Shown one piece after another: positions 51,201 through 63,339 of a stretch of DNA of 64,000 nt. The stretch spans positions 372,001 to 436,000 of the forward strand of contig NIVC01000291.1 in NCBI GenBank assembly GCA_002269645.1, written 5' to 3'. The notes beneath the pieces are model-generated. The model saw only the letters and a program-made list of their open reading frames with translations, did no database searches and was not told the origin of the DNA. Each line of letters opens with the position of its first letter. Within the stretch, counting starts at the first letter, position 1. The DNA is from Macrostomum lignano. Its lineage: Eukaryota. The position numbers and the translations under genes are program-made.

Positions 51201-52047
51201 GGCGTCCAGATCGATGGAGACGGGGACGCAGCTGGTGTCGCATCGCAGCTCATTGAGTTCCTGTTGCCAGTTGTCAGAGAAGACCCACGCAAGGCTGCGC
51301 GCTGATTCAGGCAAGCGCTGTAGCAGGTCGGGTTTTGTCAGCACAGCACGAGGCTCAGCATCGGACAGGACGCTCTCGATTAGCGAGTCGGGGTAGGACA
51401 AGTCCATGGGGAGGTAGGCTCCACCTGCGAATGCGATATGGGCATTTAACAATAGTAACTTCTTTCAGATACTCGTAGCAAAATTTCAAAACAGACCGTT
51501 CGTTGTGTCTGATTTTACACGTACGTCTTCTACACCTACAGGGTAACACGTACGCCATATTCCTGCTCACGACGACACAGCAGGCTTTGTAAGCTTGAGC
51601 TGCTTGACCCCAGTTACTTCATGTAGTCTGTCAGTTACACTGAAAAGGACGCTTTCCAAATTTGGGCCTGCCTAGACCATCCCACCCTGGTCTTAAATCT
51701 TTCGTCAGCTTCAACTGATAATGCGCAGTCATCAAATCCGTATGGAGAATGAAAGACGATATTTAGTCGAGTAACTGACCGGCTTTGAGTATGGCAATGT
51801 AAGCCACCACATACTCGATGCATCTCTCCATGTAAATGATGCCGCAGAGCTCCACATCCAGACCCTTCAGCCGGAGCTCGGCGGCCAGTTTGCTGGACAG
51901 TTGATCCAGCTCCGCGTAGGTGAGTTGCCGTCCAGCTCCGTCCGAAACGGCGACTCGGTCTGGAGTCAGTTGAGCTTGCCTGTAGAACTGCTCGTGCAGG
52001 CTCCCCGCAGTTTGGTAGGACTCGGCTGCTGCTACTGGCGACGGCAT
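45246..52047 (-). CDS. NRPS-like A-T-R-SDR multidomain reductase (fungal ATRR/glycine betaine reductase architecture), 1307 aa, 12 exons
   Basis: Exons 52047-51780, 51424-50848, 50719-50452, 50307-49889, 49754-49569, 49398-49171, 48765-48455, 48256-48141, 48023-47703, 47575-47036, 46703-46185 and 45416-45246 total 3924 nt, all in phase. A domain: YSSGTTGKPKG, YRTGDWG, GRCDSMVKIRGYSVE, GKLDK. T domain: FFDYGGHSLL. R1: LTGATGFLG, STDAVF, GYSQTKWVAE. R2 (SDR): VTGASSGIG, LVNSAG, SSDAG, YTGSK. Confidence 0.93.
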
Positions 52048-53531
52048 GGTTCTTGGGACACGAGATAGTTTTGGTGTCTCCGGGAAAAGAAAGCTTTGAG
52101 CTGACCTGATACTTGGAAAAGTGGATAAAGTGGATAGAGATTCTGATTTTATGCTTTGCCTCTAGGGGGCCTTGGAGTTGGGGCTGTTGGAAAGCTGTTG
52201 GACACGAGGGAAGCGAGGAGAGAAATCCAGTGAGGGCGTACTTTCGTCTCAAGCTGTACTCAAGTTGCGCACAGTTGAGGGAGTAAAGCGAGAAGAGAGC
52301 TAGAAGGAAGGGAACTCACTCGCGCTCACTGCACTCGACTGTCCCGAAAGGAGAAACTGTGAAGGTCCGACCTCAAGAGCCCTATTCCGTTCTGCCCCTT
52401 CTGACTAGCTATACTCTTGTATACTCGATGAGAGCGAGCAAAGTGCTGATTATAGACCAGGCGCTTATCTCAGACAGCGTTTGCGTTTGTTCCTTCAATG
52501 AGCTTAAAGATGCCGCCCTCATAGCAGTAGAGCTTCAGTCAAGACGAATTCCCTGATAGCTGTTGATTGCGACATGCACTCACAACAGCGCTACCTCGGA
52601 AATAGTTAGACTAAGACCTCACTGTAATCGCATATTGCTTATATGCCAAGTCATGCTTTCTTGAGGTCCAAAGCTCAAATGCAAGCTTGTCTGAATTCTT
52701 ACAAGGGTTCAAATCAATTCATTAAATGCAGCAGTTGAAACGGTAGCTCTACAGTCTACGATTACCTAGCACTGTTTGCTACGAGCTAGAAACTCTGCAG
52801 AAGTTTGCTTGCTTCTTTGCTATTATTCTTTTTGTATAAAATTTTCAGCAGGTGCAAAAACCATTCTATTGAAATGGGTACTATGAATTATGGGACTCAG
52901 GTATGCTTGAATTCCAATACACATACATACACTGTGAGCGAGAAAGTGTTTATAGTGTGCTATGCAGTGCATTCTTACATGTATTTTATTAATCTAGCGT
53001 GATCTATCTCCATTTCTTGCACACTTCATGATCATAACGAAGCATTTCTGCACGATCAAAAGGAAGATCACTGTAGGAGTGATTTTCTTGTACATTTACA
53101 GTCTGCGGTCAGTCTGCACTAGAACTTCCAATCTACATATAGCTCAACCCAGACTTAGCTGAGATAATATTGGTGAGTTACTTCGATATGACGGCAACGC
53201 ACCCCTGAAACCTTCGTTAGAAGCTTTCTCACTGCCGCTATAATAATTTTTTATATGCTTCTCTCTACCGTTCTAATATAACTTGTCTATGTCTTCCTCG
53301 GAACGATTTGTGTCCTTTGAGCAAGTGTTGTACTGTTGGTCTTCTTCTTTGGGGTCAGCGTTGTCCCGGGGAGGCCTGGTAAGTATTCAAATCCCACAGC
53401 TGCCACCAATGTTGTGCCCGTGCTTCTCAGGCTGCGCTAGCAGTGTTCTGGGCTCTCCGTCTGCTTTAAGTGGAAGCCTTCTTGGTTGCGTAGGTAGTGC
53501 TGCCACCAGTCCCTTCGGCCCGGGTCTCAGC

Positions 53532-54186
53532 TAGGGATTGCAAATCCCGGCTGTTCTACGATCCTGGGATCCCGGACGAAGCAATGACTCAATCCCGGGA
53601 TCCCGGACCCAATCCCGGGATTGGCATTTTAAATATTTTGGCCGATAGAATGCCAGAAAACCCGCTTTTTTAAACGTTTTTTTAAAAGTAATAACTTTTC
53701 TATTTGATTTTACTAAAAAACGAGAACACGAGTGTGTAATGCAGTAATAGTGTGTAATATATTTTATATTTCTCGACTTGACAGCATTACCGAGTATCTA
53801 TTATCTAATATATAATGGTTTCTTTTCTTGTTTTGTTATTTTCTACACTTGTAACTTACGAGCTCGTAATCGTAATACATGCATGCAAAACTATCTCCCA
53901 GTCATTTTTCAATGCTTTTATGTACATAACACAAAGTTACACAACCTCACAAGTTACACAAGTAACACAAGTAGTCAAATACACAAACACAACACAAGTT
54001 TGAGACTCGCATGTATTGTATGTATTGTGTATAATTTGTATTGTATCACGATTCGAGAATCAAGAGTCACGTCACGATCACGACTCATGATTTCCTGGAT
54101 ATCACCCACTTTATCAAAAAAGTTTCCCGGGATTCCGTCAGGCCAAAAAGTGTCCGGGATCCCGGGATTCGGGATTGCAATCCCTA
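53532..54186. mobile_element. Non-autonomous hAT-type MITE (655 bp), recent insertion
   Basis: TIRs TAGGGATTGCAA(A)TCCCG at both ends; perfect 8-bp target-site duplication GTCTCAGC at 53524-53531 and 54187-54194; subterminal ATCCCGGGA motifs. Confidence 0.9.
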
Positions 54187-56304
54187 GTCTCAGCCTTCGG
54201 TGAGGTGAGGATCCCGACGGAACGAAATAACAAAGGGATGAGCGAACACAGCACTTCAAGCAGATTTGCGATTTTAGACTAATAATCAGCAGATCCTATC
54301 GGGCTCAGTGGGTCGGCTAGGAGAACGGTGTTGTCGCTCAGAGCAGACCCAGCAGAGGTCTGGGTTTAAGTTGAGCACTGAGAGTCAGGATCGACAATGG
54401 GAGAAATTGGGCGACGCAGAACTGGAGAAACTGTGTTTACTGAAGAATGAACAGAGCTATTAAAGAAATCCTTGACGGAAACAATGCTTGAGATGGTTCG
54501 TATTTATAGGCAGGAAACTATATTGCATCATTATATGTACATGTACATGTACGCGGAGACCCGATTTCGTCAGATTGCATATGACGCTGTTGCTAAAATT
54601 AGCAATTTCTGACGCTTGGGTTTGCCTCAGAGCAGGCAAGGGTCTTGGCGCACGTGATTTCCGCGATAAACACGACTTGCACAGTGAGTTATTCACTGCA
54701 CTTCGGACTTCGAGTAAACAGCTCGTCATGTGCTCATATGACAAGGGGAAAGCGGCCCATCAGTGAACCCACTATAGTGACCGCTACACAGAGAGCTAAC
54801 CAAGAGCAGGCTAGGTCAAGCTGCCCAGCCGCTGCAAACAATGCAAGAGCGCAGAGAGACAGGGGGAACAGAGAGCGGCAACAGCTGCGCCCAGCGGAAG
54901 ACGGCAGCTCAGAGCGATTATTTACCTGTGACAACTAGGCCACAGTTAAAATTATTATAAAGCTACTCTTTTTAAGAATTTCTAGATATGTTTGAAAGGT
55001 ATCGTGCAGTACAAAGGTACCCAAATGAACTTGGTTTAGTAGCAGAAAATTTGTTATATGCTATAACCAGATGGCTCACAAGTTTAAATAACAATCGACG
55101 TGCTAATTATTTAAGTAATGTAACTCTTCTGATACTCCTGAAGGATGACCCAATAATCTCTTCCTCGACGTCGGACCAATACTTACTTTCTTCCCACTAT
55201 TGTAGTGGTTATTTTATTTCATTCTTTTTAGTCTAAGCGTTTAGTTTTATTGAGCCTGAGATTTCATTTTACTTAGTTTAGGCATTAGGAGCCCTATATA
55301 ATAAATTACATAAATAAATGTTGATCAAACAGTTTAAAAAATTTAGTTGCTAATTTCAGTAACAAATATTGAATTAATTGCCTAGATAGCATAAAGCATT
55401 AAATATTGCCCAAAAATATTAGTGAAAAAATCAAATTAGTAGTAGGCCCCTAGTAAAAAGATAAAGAAGCAAACCTAAAGGGTATACTATAAAAATCTTT
55501 GTCTTTGATTGATTTGACAAATAGATAACAAAATAAAAAATGGAAAGTGGTTTGATTTTGAATGTGTGATATAGAGTATATAAATTTAGAATATTTTTAA
55601 CTAAGCCTTAGTCTAAGGTCAATTATTGATTCTATATTTAGGTCTATTTATAACAAAAAATGAAAACATTGATATTGATATTAATAAGTGTTACTAGGCC
55701 TATATACCATTTTACCTCCGATTTTGAACAAAGTCTTGTTCAAAATAAACAAGCAGAACTTAAATTTAAAACACCTAAAGAAAACCTAGCACTTTTAGAA
55801 ATTCAATTTAGACTGTCTAGGCCTAGCCAAAATTGCTCTTGAGTACTGCATGTACATGCAGTTTGGAAATTCATAAAAAACAAATTTATTTTTTCTTCTA
55901 GGATTTTCACAAATAAATTTATTTTTATAAGTTAATATATTCTTTTGTTTTCACTGTACTGCATAATTATATAATTGTTGTACACTAAAATTGACATGTA
56001 TGAATGTTGAAAACATCAGGTTAAAGAAGATAATGAATTGCTAGAAGTAGAAAAGAATAGAATTGATAAAGTTGTAGCAAATATAAACTATTTTATCAAA
56101 GCTGCTAATTGTAGAGATAACTTTATAGAATTGGTATACCAACTTGGAGTCAAGGGATCAATAGTGTACACATTTTTTAGGTTAGGGATAGCAAAAAAAT
56201 ATAGAGCATTTGGCAATACATCCTGTATAGTATGGTAAATAATAGAGTTATTGGCTGCATCTTTGCAGACAAGAGCACCAAGTGGTTCAACTATGCTTTT
56301 ACAT

Positions 56305-56979
56305 CAAGGGTTAGCAAACTTTTTTCAGTGTAGGCTAAATTGGAAGACTAGGCTAAAGCAATAGGCCAGAAAAAATGTACAACAAATGTTGGCTATAAAT
56401 GACAATTTTAGACCAAATATAACCAACAACCGTATAGTTAAAACTGATAAAGTAATTATAGGATAAAAGCTAACTTTCTTGTAAGTTCCACATTCTCAAA
56501 TCTATTCTAGGGTTTGCTGAAAAAACTGGTCCCTTACACCATAAATTTAAGTTTATACTAGAAAAAAATTACTCACGATATATATATATATATATATATC
56601 AGATATTATAAAAAATTCATTGTAACAATAAAGGACCTTTTTGTATTGCAACAATATAGGACTATAGAACCCTTTCTTTCATTACAACATTTTGATCTTT
56701 CATATGCCAATAGCTATGTCATATGCTGGCTCTGTGGCACAATTTTCTAGCAGATTGTTCTATACACTGGATACTTTACCCTAACCATTTTTATATTTGT
56801 ATATTAAAAATTTCTAGCATATATATAAGATTTAGGAGCAGGGGTAAAATTGAATGTTTCAACATGAAATTGATTTTATAAACTACTTTTACATTGTTAG
56901 ATAGTAAGAATGTTGCAGGCCAGACTTGAAGGTGTTGCAGGCCAGATTTGGCCTGTGGGCTAAAGTTTGAAGACTGCTG
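56305..56979. mobile_element. Old hAT-Charlie-like MITE with CpG-decayed ends
   Basis: Left end CAAGGGTTAGCAAACTTT; right end (reverse complement) CAGCAGTCTTCAAACTTTAGCCCACAGGCCAAATCTGGCCTGC; degenerate 8-bp TSD TTTTACAT / GTTTATAT. Confidence 0.6.
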
Positions 56980-58323
56980 GTTTATATACATCCTTTGCTG
57001 CCTTGGTTGACAAGCAATTGAGGGTTAGGTAGGTGGATCAAGGCCTCAAGTTGACCAACTGTTCCTGCCATGCACTTGTACGTTGTTTTTTTATAAATCT
57101 CTTATAACATGATATTGATATGTTGTGTTTTATCTCTTTATCCAAATAGAATATAACCTTGTTTCTTTTGAATTTCAAAGCTGCATGTATGCATCACTTC
57201 AGCCAAGGACAATTTTGGCCAAAGGGTTTGAATTGAATTTTATCTGTTTCAATAGAAAGGGAGTTTGTTTGAATTGAAGTTTTGCTTGTTTATTTTGAAC
57301 AAGACATTGTTAAAATAGGAGATAAAATGGTGTACTTGTAAAGGCCCTACCTATTTTCATACCCCCAAACTGTAAATCTGATGCATTAGACTTTCTGGGC
57401 CTACTACGCTCATATCCCATCTTTGGGTCTCTCAAACCCCATGTCCAATATGCTTGTTTTTTCTTTCCTTTCCTTGGTAGGAGGTTTGGTAACTCATGTA
57501 ATAGAAGGAAGCTTTTTCTTCTTTCTAAATTCTATTGATCTCACCAAGTTCCAGGATAAAGTGATTTACTCTTATAATGATTTCACTGCTATCACCAAAG
57601 TTGTTATAGAATTCAATAGTAGAATTATATTCTAATTTCTAAGAATTATTTCTAGAATATAGTTTAACTTCCTAGTTTTTAGTTGTAATACATTTTAGTA
57701 GCATTATAAATGTATTCTGCCCTAAGTAGTTTTACTGGTACATGTACTATTTCCAGTCCTTGGCATGACCTAGTCCTAGATTAGAAGGTCACCACATTAC
57801 TCTTCATATTTCTTTGCATAGACTCCTAACTTCCTTTCTTAGTAAATCTCTTCTAACTATTCCTTGGATTTTCTTACTTTAATTCAAACTAGAAAGCAAG
57901 TTGAAGTGTTGAATTTATCATTAACATTGTTTGTACAAATATGAAGTACATCAAGCAAAATATAAAAACAAAATAAGGAATAGCAAAAGTATGGTAAAGC
58001 AATGCATTTAGTAACAATGATTAAGGTTAGAGCTGTAGGAAGCAAGCATGCACAAAATGTTTTGGAACCCAGATAGTGTATGTGCTATTGTCTTTCGTGG
58101 TCTTTCTACTGTTAATGGCTGGGATTCACGAGGCCAAAGAGCCTCCAGTGTATGGGCAAAAGGGTTTGGGACACGAGACAAATGCGTGAGCTGTAGGAGC
58201 AGGAAGATTATTTGTTTTTGCTCTTAGAATTCAAGACTTTTAGGTCTTAGTCTACTGCCTGACGTTGAGCTAATTTGTAATTTTCTCTCCGCTGTGCCAA
58301 ATGCAATTGCAGATCTGCTTGTC

Positions 58324-61300
58324 ATGGCTGGAGATGATGATGAGGAGCTCAACAGTGCCGCAGAGGTGTACTCCTGTTTCCGCCACATCGAGCTGTTGCC
58401 AGGCGCCAAGCCTCATCCTGGCAACGTGGTTGAGTCTGACTGCCTAGCAACCGTCGACCTGCCGCCCGCTGTGTTCCCCCTGGCCGACTCGCTGCCCAGT
58501 GAGGCCGTCACCGAGGGCCGGCTGAGCTCCCTGCAGCTGCAGGGCGTGCTGTACGCCTGCCAGCGCCACCGGACTCTGCTGCCTGGCGGCGAGCGGGCCG
58601 GCTTCTTCATCGGGGATGCCGCGGGAGTCGGCAAGGTAACTGTGGGAGAAATTGTCGAGCTGAGCTCAATGAGGCGTGCCTGAGTCGGAGTCTAGGATTT
58701 GTTTTGTTGATGATTTTTCGAGTTGGAATAATGGGATTTAGATTAAGGCAGTGGACTCCGGTTGGGGAGCTGACTCGTACGAGTGTGGCCCAAAGGCGTG
58801 CGTTCTGCCACCCCCTCCCCACTCTGTGGCCACTCTTGGCCGATGCGAGGTGTATTTTGTTGTTGTATTGCAGTTGGGATGACGAGACTAGTTTGCATGA
58901 CGGGACTCTAGTTTGCATGACGGGACTCTAGTTTGCATGACGGGACTCTAGTTTGCATGACGGGACTCTAGATGGGATGGCGGGACTAGTTGGGATGAAA
59001 GGATTTGAGTTCGTCGGAGGGGAAGCCAGTATTAGTTCTGAAGCCAATCAAAGCAGTCAGTCGGGCTGATCCGCCTCCGCAGGGCCGCCAGATTGCGGCG
59101 ATAATCCTGGACAGTCTGGCCCGGGGCCGGCCGCGCCACCTGTGGCTGAGTGTGTCGCCAGACCTCGCCCAGGACGCCAGGCGGGACCTGTTGGCCATCG
59201 GCTGCCATGCCCGCGTCATCGACGGCTGCCGGCAGCTGGACCGGTCGGCCACGGCGTTCGGCCTGGCCAAGGACTGCCGCGAGGGCGTCCTGTTCAACAC
59301 CTACGCCTGTCTGGTGTCGGGCGGCTCCGGCGCCAGCCGCAAGACCCGCCTTGAGCAGCTTATCGACTGGTGCTCCGGCGACTCGGCGCCAGCCAAATTC
59401 GACGGCTGTCTCGTGCTGGACGAGTGCCACCGCGCCAAGCACTTCCTGCCGGACGCCAAGGAGGCCGCCAACTCCAAGGTAGCTGCGGCTGTCATTGAAC
59501 TGCAGCAGCGGCTGCCGCTGGCACGAGTGGTTAGTGAGCTTCTGGAATCCCTGAACTGGCACTGAGAATCTCCCTGAACTGGCATTGAAAATCTCCCTGA
59601 ACTGGCACTGAGAATATACCTGAACTGGCACTGAGAAAATACCTGAACTGGCACTGAGAATATACCTGAACTGGCACTGAGAATCTCCCTGAACTGGCAC
59701 TGAGAATATACCTGAACTGGCACTGAAAATCTCCCTAAACTGGCACTGAGAATCTCCCTGAACTGGCACTGAGAATCTCCCTGAACTGGCACTGAGAATC
59801 TCCCTGAACTGGCACTGAGAATATACCTGAACTGGCACTGAGAATCTCCCTGAACTGGCACTGAGAATATACCTGAACTGGCACTGAGAATATACCTGAA
59901 CTGGCACTGAGAATATACCTGAACTGGCACTGAGAATATACCTGAACTGGCACTGAGAATATACCTGAACTGGCACTGAGAATATACCTGAACTGGCACT
60001 GAGAATATACCTGAACTGGCACTGAGAATCTCCCTGAACTGGCACTGAGAATATACCTGAACTGGCACTGAAAATCTGCCTGAACTGGCACTGAAAATCT
60101 CCCTAAACTGGCACTGAAAATCTCCCTAAACTGGCACTGAAAATCTCCCTAAACTAGCACTGAAAATCTCCCTGAACTGGCACTGAAAATCTCCCTAAAC
60201 TGGCACTGAAAATCTCCCTAAACTAGCACTGAAAATCTCCCTGAACTGGCACTGAAAATCTCCCTAAACTGGCACTGAAAATCTCCCTAAACTGGCACTG
60301 GAATCCCACAAACTTCGCCGACACCCCAGGTGTACTGCAGCGCCACAGGTGTATCGGAGCTGAAAAACCTGGCCTACATGACCCGGCTTGGCCTGTGGGG
60401 CCCCAGCCGCCCCTTCGCCAGCTTCCAGGATTTCCGCGGCCTGTTGGAGCGCCGCGGCCTGGCTGCAGCGGAGATGCTGGCCGCCGAGCTGAAGGCCACT
60501 GGCGTGTACGTGGCCCGCGGCCTGTCCTTCCGGGACGCCGAGTTCGCCATTGTGGACGCGCCGCTCACGACCGGCGACATTGCGCTGTATGACTCCGCGG
60601 CTGCTCTGTGGCGACGAGTGAGCACTGGGGTGGGACGGGGCCCGACTCAGTGTCATGTCATGTCTTATATCATTTCATTGATGTCTAATGTCATTTCACT
60701 AATTTCTAATGTCATTCCACTGATGCCTAATGTCATTTTACTGATGCCTAATGTCATTCCACTGGTGCCTAATGTCATTCCACTTCCACTGATGCCTGAT
60801 GTCATTCCACTGGTGCCTAATGTCATTCCACTTCCACTGGTGCCTGATGTCATTCCATTGATGCCTGATGTCATTCCACTGATGCCTGATGTCATTCCAC
60901 TGATGCCTGATGTCATTCCATTGATGCCTGATGTCATTCCACTGATGCCTGATGTCATTCCATTGATGCCTGATGTCATTCCACTGATGCCTGATGTCAT
61001 TCCACTGATGCCTGATGTCATTCCATTGATGCCTGATGTCATTCCACTGGTGCCTAATGTCATTCCACTTCCACTGGTGCCTGATGTCATTCCATTGATG
61101 CCTGATGTCATTCCACTGGTGCCTAATGTCACTCTGTCGAAGAAAATTTTCGCGCCGTTAATTCCCAGCGTCACTTCGCTGATGCCCAATGCCATTTAAT
61201 CTTTACAAAATATCGCTTCAATTGAGTCAAATGTTATTCCACTTGCGCCTAATGTCACTCCAATCTCCCCGCCCCCGCAGATTCACTCCAGCCTGCTCCG

Positions 61301-63290
61301 CGCCTGCTCCCTGTGCCGAGTTCGCTCTCCAGGCCAGCACCTGCGCAGCTACTGGTCCGCCCACCAGCGCTTTTTCCTGCAGCTCTGCCTGTCGCTGCGG
61401 GTGCCCGCCGTGCTGGCTGAGGCCAAGCGGGCCCTGGACATCGGCCTCTGCCCTGTGCTGGGCCTGCAGAGCACCGGAGAAGCCGGCCTGCACGCCTCCG
61501 CCGATCTGCAGTCGCCCTCCGGCTTCGTGTCGGTTTGTCGACACGTGTGCCGGCAGTTCCTGCTGTCGCACTTCCCCGCCGTGTCCACCCTGACTGGCCA
61601 GCCCGAGACCTGGAGCAGCGGCGAGAGACAGCGCCTGCTGGACGAGCTGGAGGCCTGCGAGCTGCCGGCCGGGGGACTCGACCTGCTCATTGACGGCCTT
61701 GGGGGGCCTGACGATGTGGCAGAAATGACAGGTAGTAGAAACTTGGGGTTTTCATATGTAATTAGTCCTGTGCGATTCTGTGGGAGAATCAGGATCTCAT
61801 CTGGTGTCTGATTGGCCCTGTGGGAGAATCGGGATCCCATCTGGTGTCTGATTGGCCCTGTGGGAGAATCGGGATCTCACCTGGTGTCTGATTGGCCCTG
61901 TGCAGGCCGGCGCAGCCGCATCATCCGCTGCAAGGGCCGCGGCGGCTTTCGCCTGGAGAGCCGGTACGCGGAGAGCGGCGATGCGCAGAGCGTGAACGCC
62001 AGCGAGCGGCAGCGCTTCATGGCGGGCCAGAAGCTGGCGGCCGTCATCTCGGATGCGGCCTCCACCGGCATCAGTCTGCACGCCGACCCTGGCTGTGCCA
62101 ACACCCGCCGGCGGGTGCACGTGACCGCCGAGCTGCCCTGGTCTGCCGAGAAAGCGGTGAGGCCCGATGCACTGTAGTCTGAATGCCGATCCTAATTAGA
62201 AAGCATGCAGGATTTTGTGAATATCCCATTGGGTAGCTTTGTGAATATCCCATTGGGTAGCTTTGTGAATATCCCATTGGGTAGCTTTGTGAATATCCCA
62301 TTGGGTAGCTTTGTGAATATCCCATTGGGTAGCTTTGTGAATATCCCATTGGGTAGCTTTGTGAATATCCCATTGGGTAGCTTTGTGAATATCCCATTGG
62401 GTAGCTTTGTGAATATCCCATTGGGTAGCTTTGTGAATATCCCATTGGGTAGCTTTGTGAATATCCCATTGGGTAGCTTTGTGAATATCCCATTGGGTAG
62501 CTTTGTGAATATCCCATTGGGTAGCTTTGTGAATATCCCATTGGGTAGCTTTGTGAATATCCCATTGGGTAGCTTTGTGAATATCCCATTGGGTAGCTTT
62601 GTGAATATCCCATTGGGTAGCTTTGTGAATATCCCATTGGGTAGCTTTGTGAATATCCCATTGGGTAGCTTTGTGAATATCCCATTGGGTAGCTTTGTGA
62701 ATATCCCATTGGGTAGCTTTGTGAATATCCCATTGGGTAGCTTTGTGTATATCCCATTGGGTAGCTTTGTGTATATCCCATTGGGTAGCTTTGTGAATAT
62801 CCCATTGGGTAGCTTTGTGAACATCCCATTAGGTAAATTTGTAAATATCCCATTTGGATGGTAATCTATTGTCGTTCCTTTTGGTATTTCTCAGTCACAT
62901 TTGGGATAATAAATATGGGATTTGTATCTGCAACAGCTCGGTCATTCCTGAGCATCCCAAATCCCAACTCAGGTGCAGCAGCTGGGCCGCACGCACCGCT
63001 CAGGCCAGTCCAGCGGCCCCGTCTACCGCCTGGTCTGCCTGGACCTGGCCGGCGAGCGCCGCTTCTGCTCCGGTGTTGCCAAGCGGCTGCAGACTCTGGG
63101 CGCCCTGACCAAGGCCGACCGGCGGGCCGCCCTGGTTGGCGACCTCGGCCACCTCAACTGTGACACCGGCCGCGGCAGGGCGGCCCTGCGCCGGCTGTAT
63201 CAGTACACTGCGGCCGGCCGCCTGCTGCGGGGCGTAAGCCTGCCGGAGGTCTTCGACGGCGAGGTCTCGACTGAGCAGGAGGGCGTGCGG
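58324..63290 (+). CDS. SBNO-like: Strawberry notch-like SF2 helicase-related protein (3' end beyond window)
   Basis: Exons 58324-58635, 59083-59529, 60330-60617, 61281-61731, 61906-62156 and 62973-63290 (alternative donor 63233). Motifs LSSLQLQGVLYACQRH, GFFIGDAAGVGKGRQIA, LDECHRAK, VYCSATG, YMTRLGLWG, YWSAHQRFF, GLQSTGEA, AEMTGR, ISDAASTGISLHAD, ELPWSAEKAVQQLGRTHRS, VAKRLQTLGALT. An upstream exon is possible. Confidence 0.92.
58880..58990. repeat. 20-bp short tandem repeat (GACGGGACTCTAGTTTGCAT)
   Basis: About 5 units in SBNO-like intron 1. Confidence 0.85.
59550..60300. repeat. 23-bp minisatellite (CCCTGAACTGGCACTGAGAATCT variants), ~33 copies
   Basis: Fills SBNO-like intron 2. Confidence 0.96.
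60680..61135. repeat. 21-bp minisatellite (TGATGCCTGATGTCATTCCAC)
   Basis: In SBNO-like intron 3; source of the MPDVIPL ORF. Confidence 0.95.
61790..61905 (+). repeat. ~40-bp unit x3 whose last copy supplies the 3' splice site
   Basis: GGATCTCATCTGGTGTCTGATTGGCCCTGTGGGAGAATC repeated; the final copy ends CCCTGTGCAG| at 61905. Confidence 0.85.
62215..62845. repeat. 24-bp minisatellite (GTGAATATCCCATTGGGTAGCTTT), ~26 copies
   Basis: Near-perfect array in SBNO-like intron 5. Confidence 0.97.
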
Positions 63291-63339
63291 GTGAGCATAC
63301 AGGAGGAGTCATGTTTGAGAGGCATGAAGTTGGGAGTTG

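Noticed and set aside
45246-52047. NRPS-like gene as bacterial contamination
   Set aside because: It has eleven phase-consistent GT-AG introns and is contiguous with animal genes.
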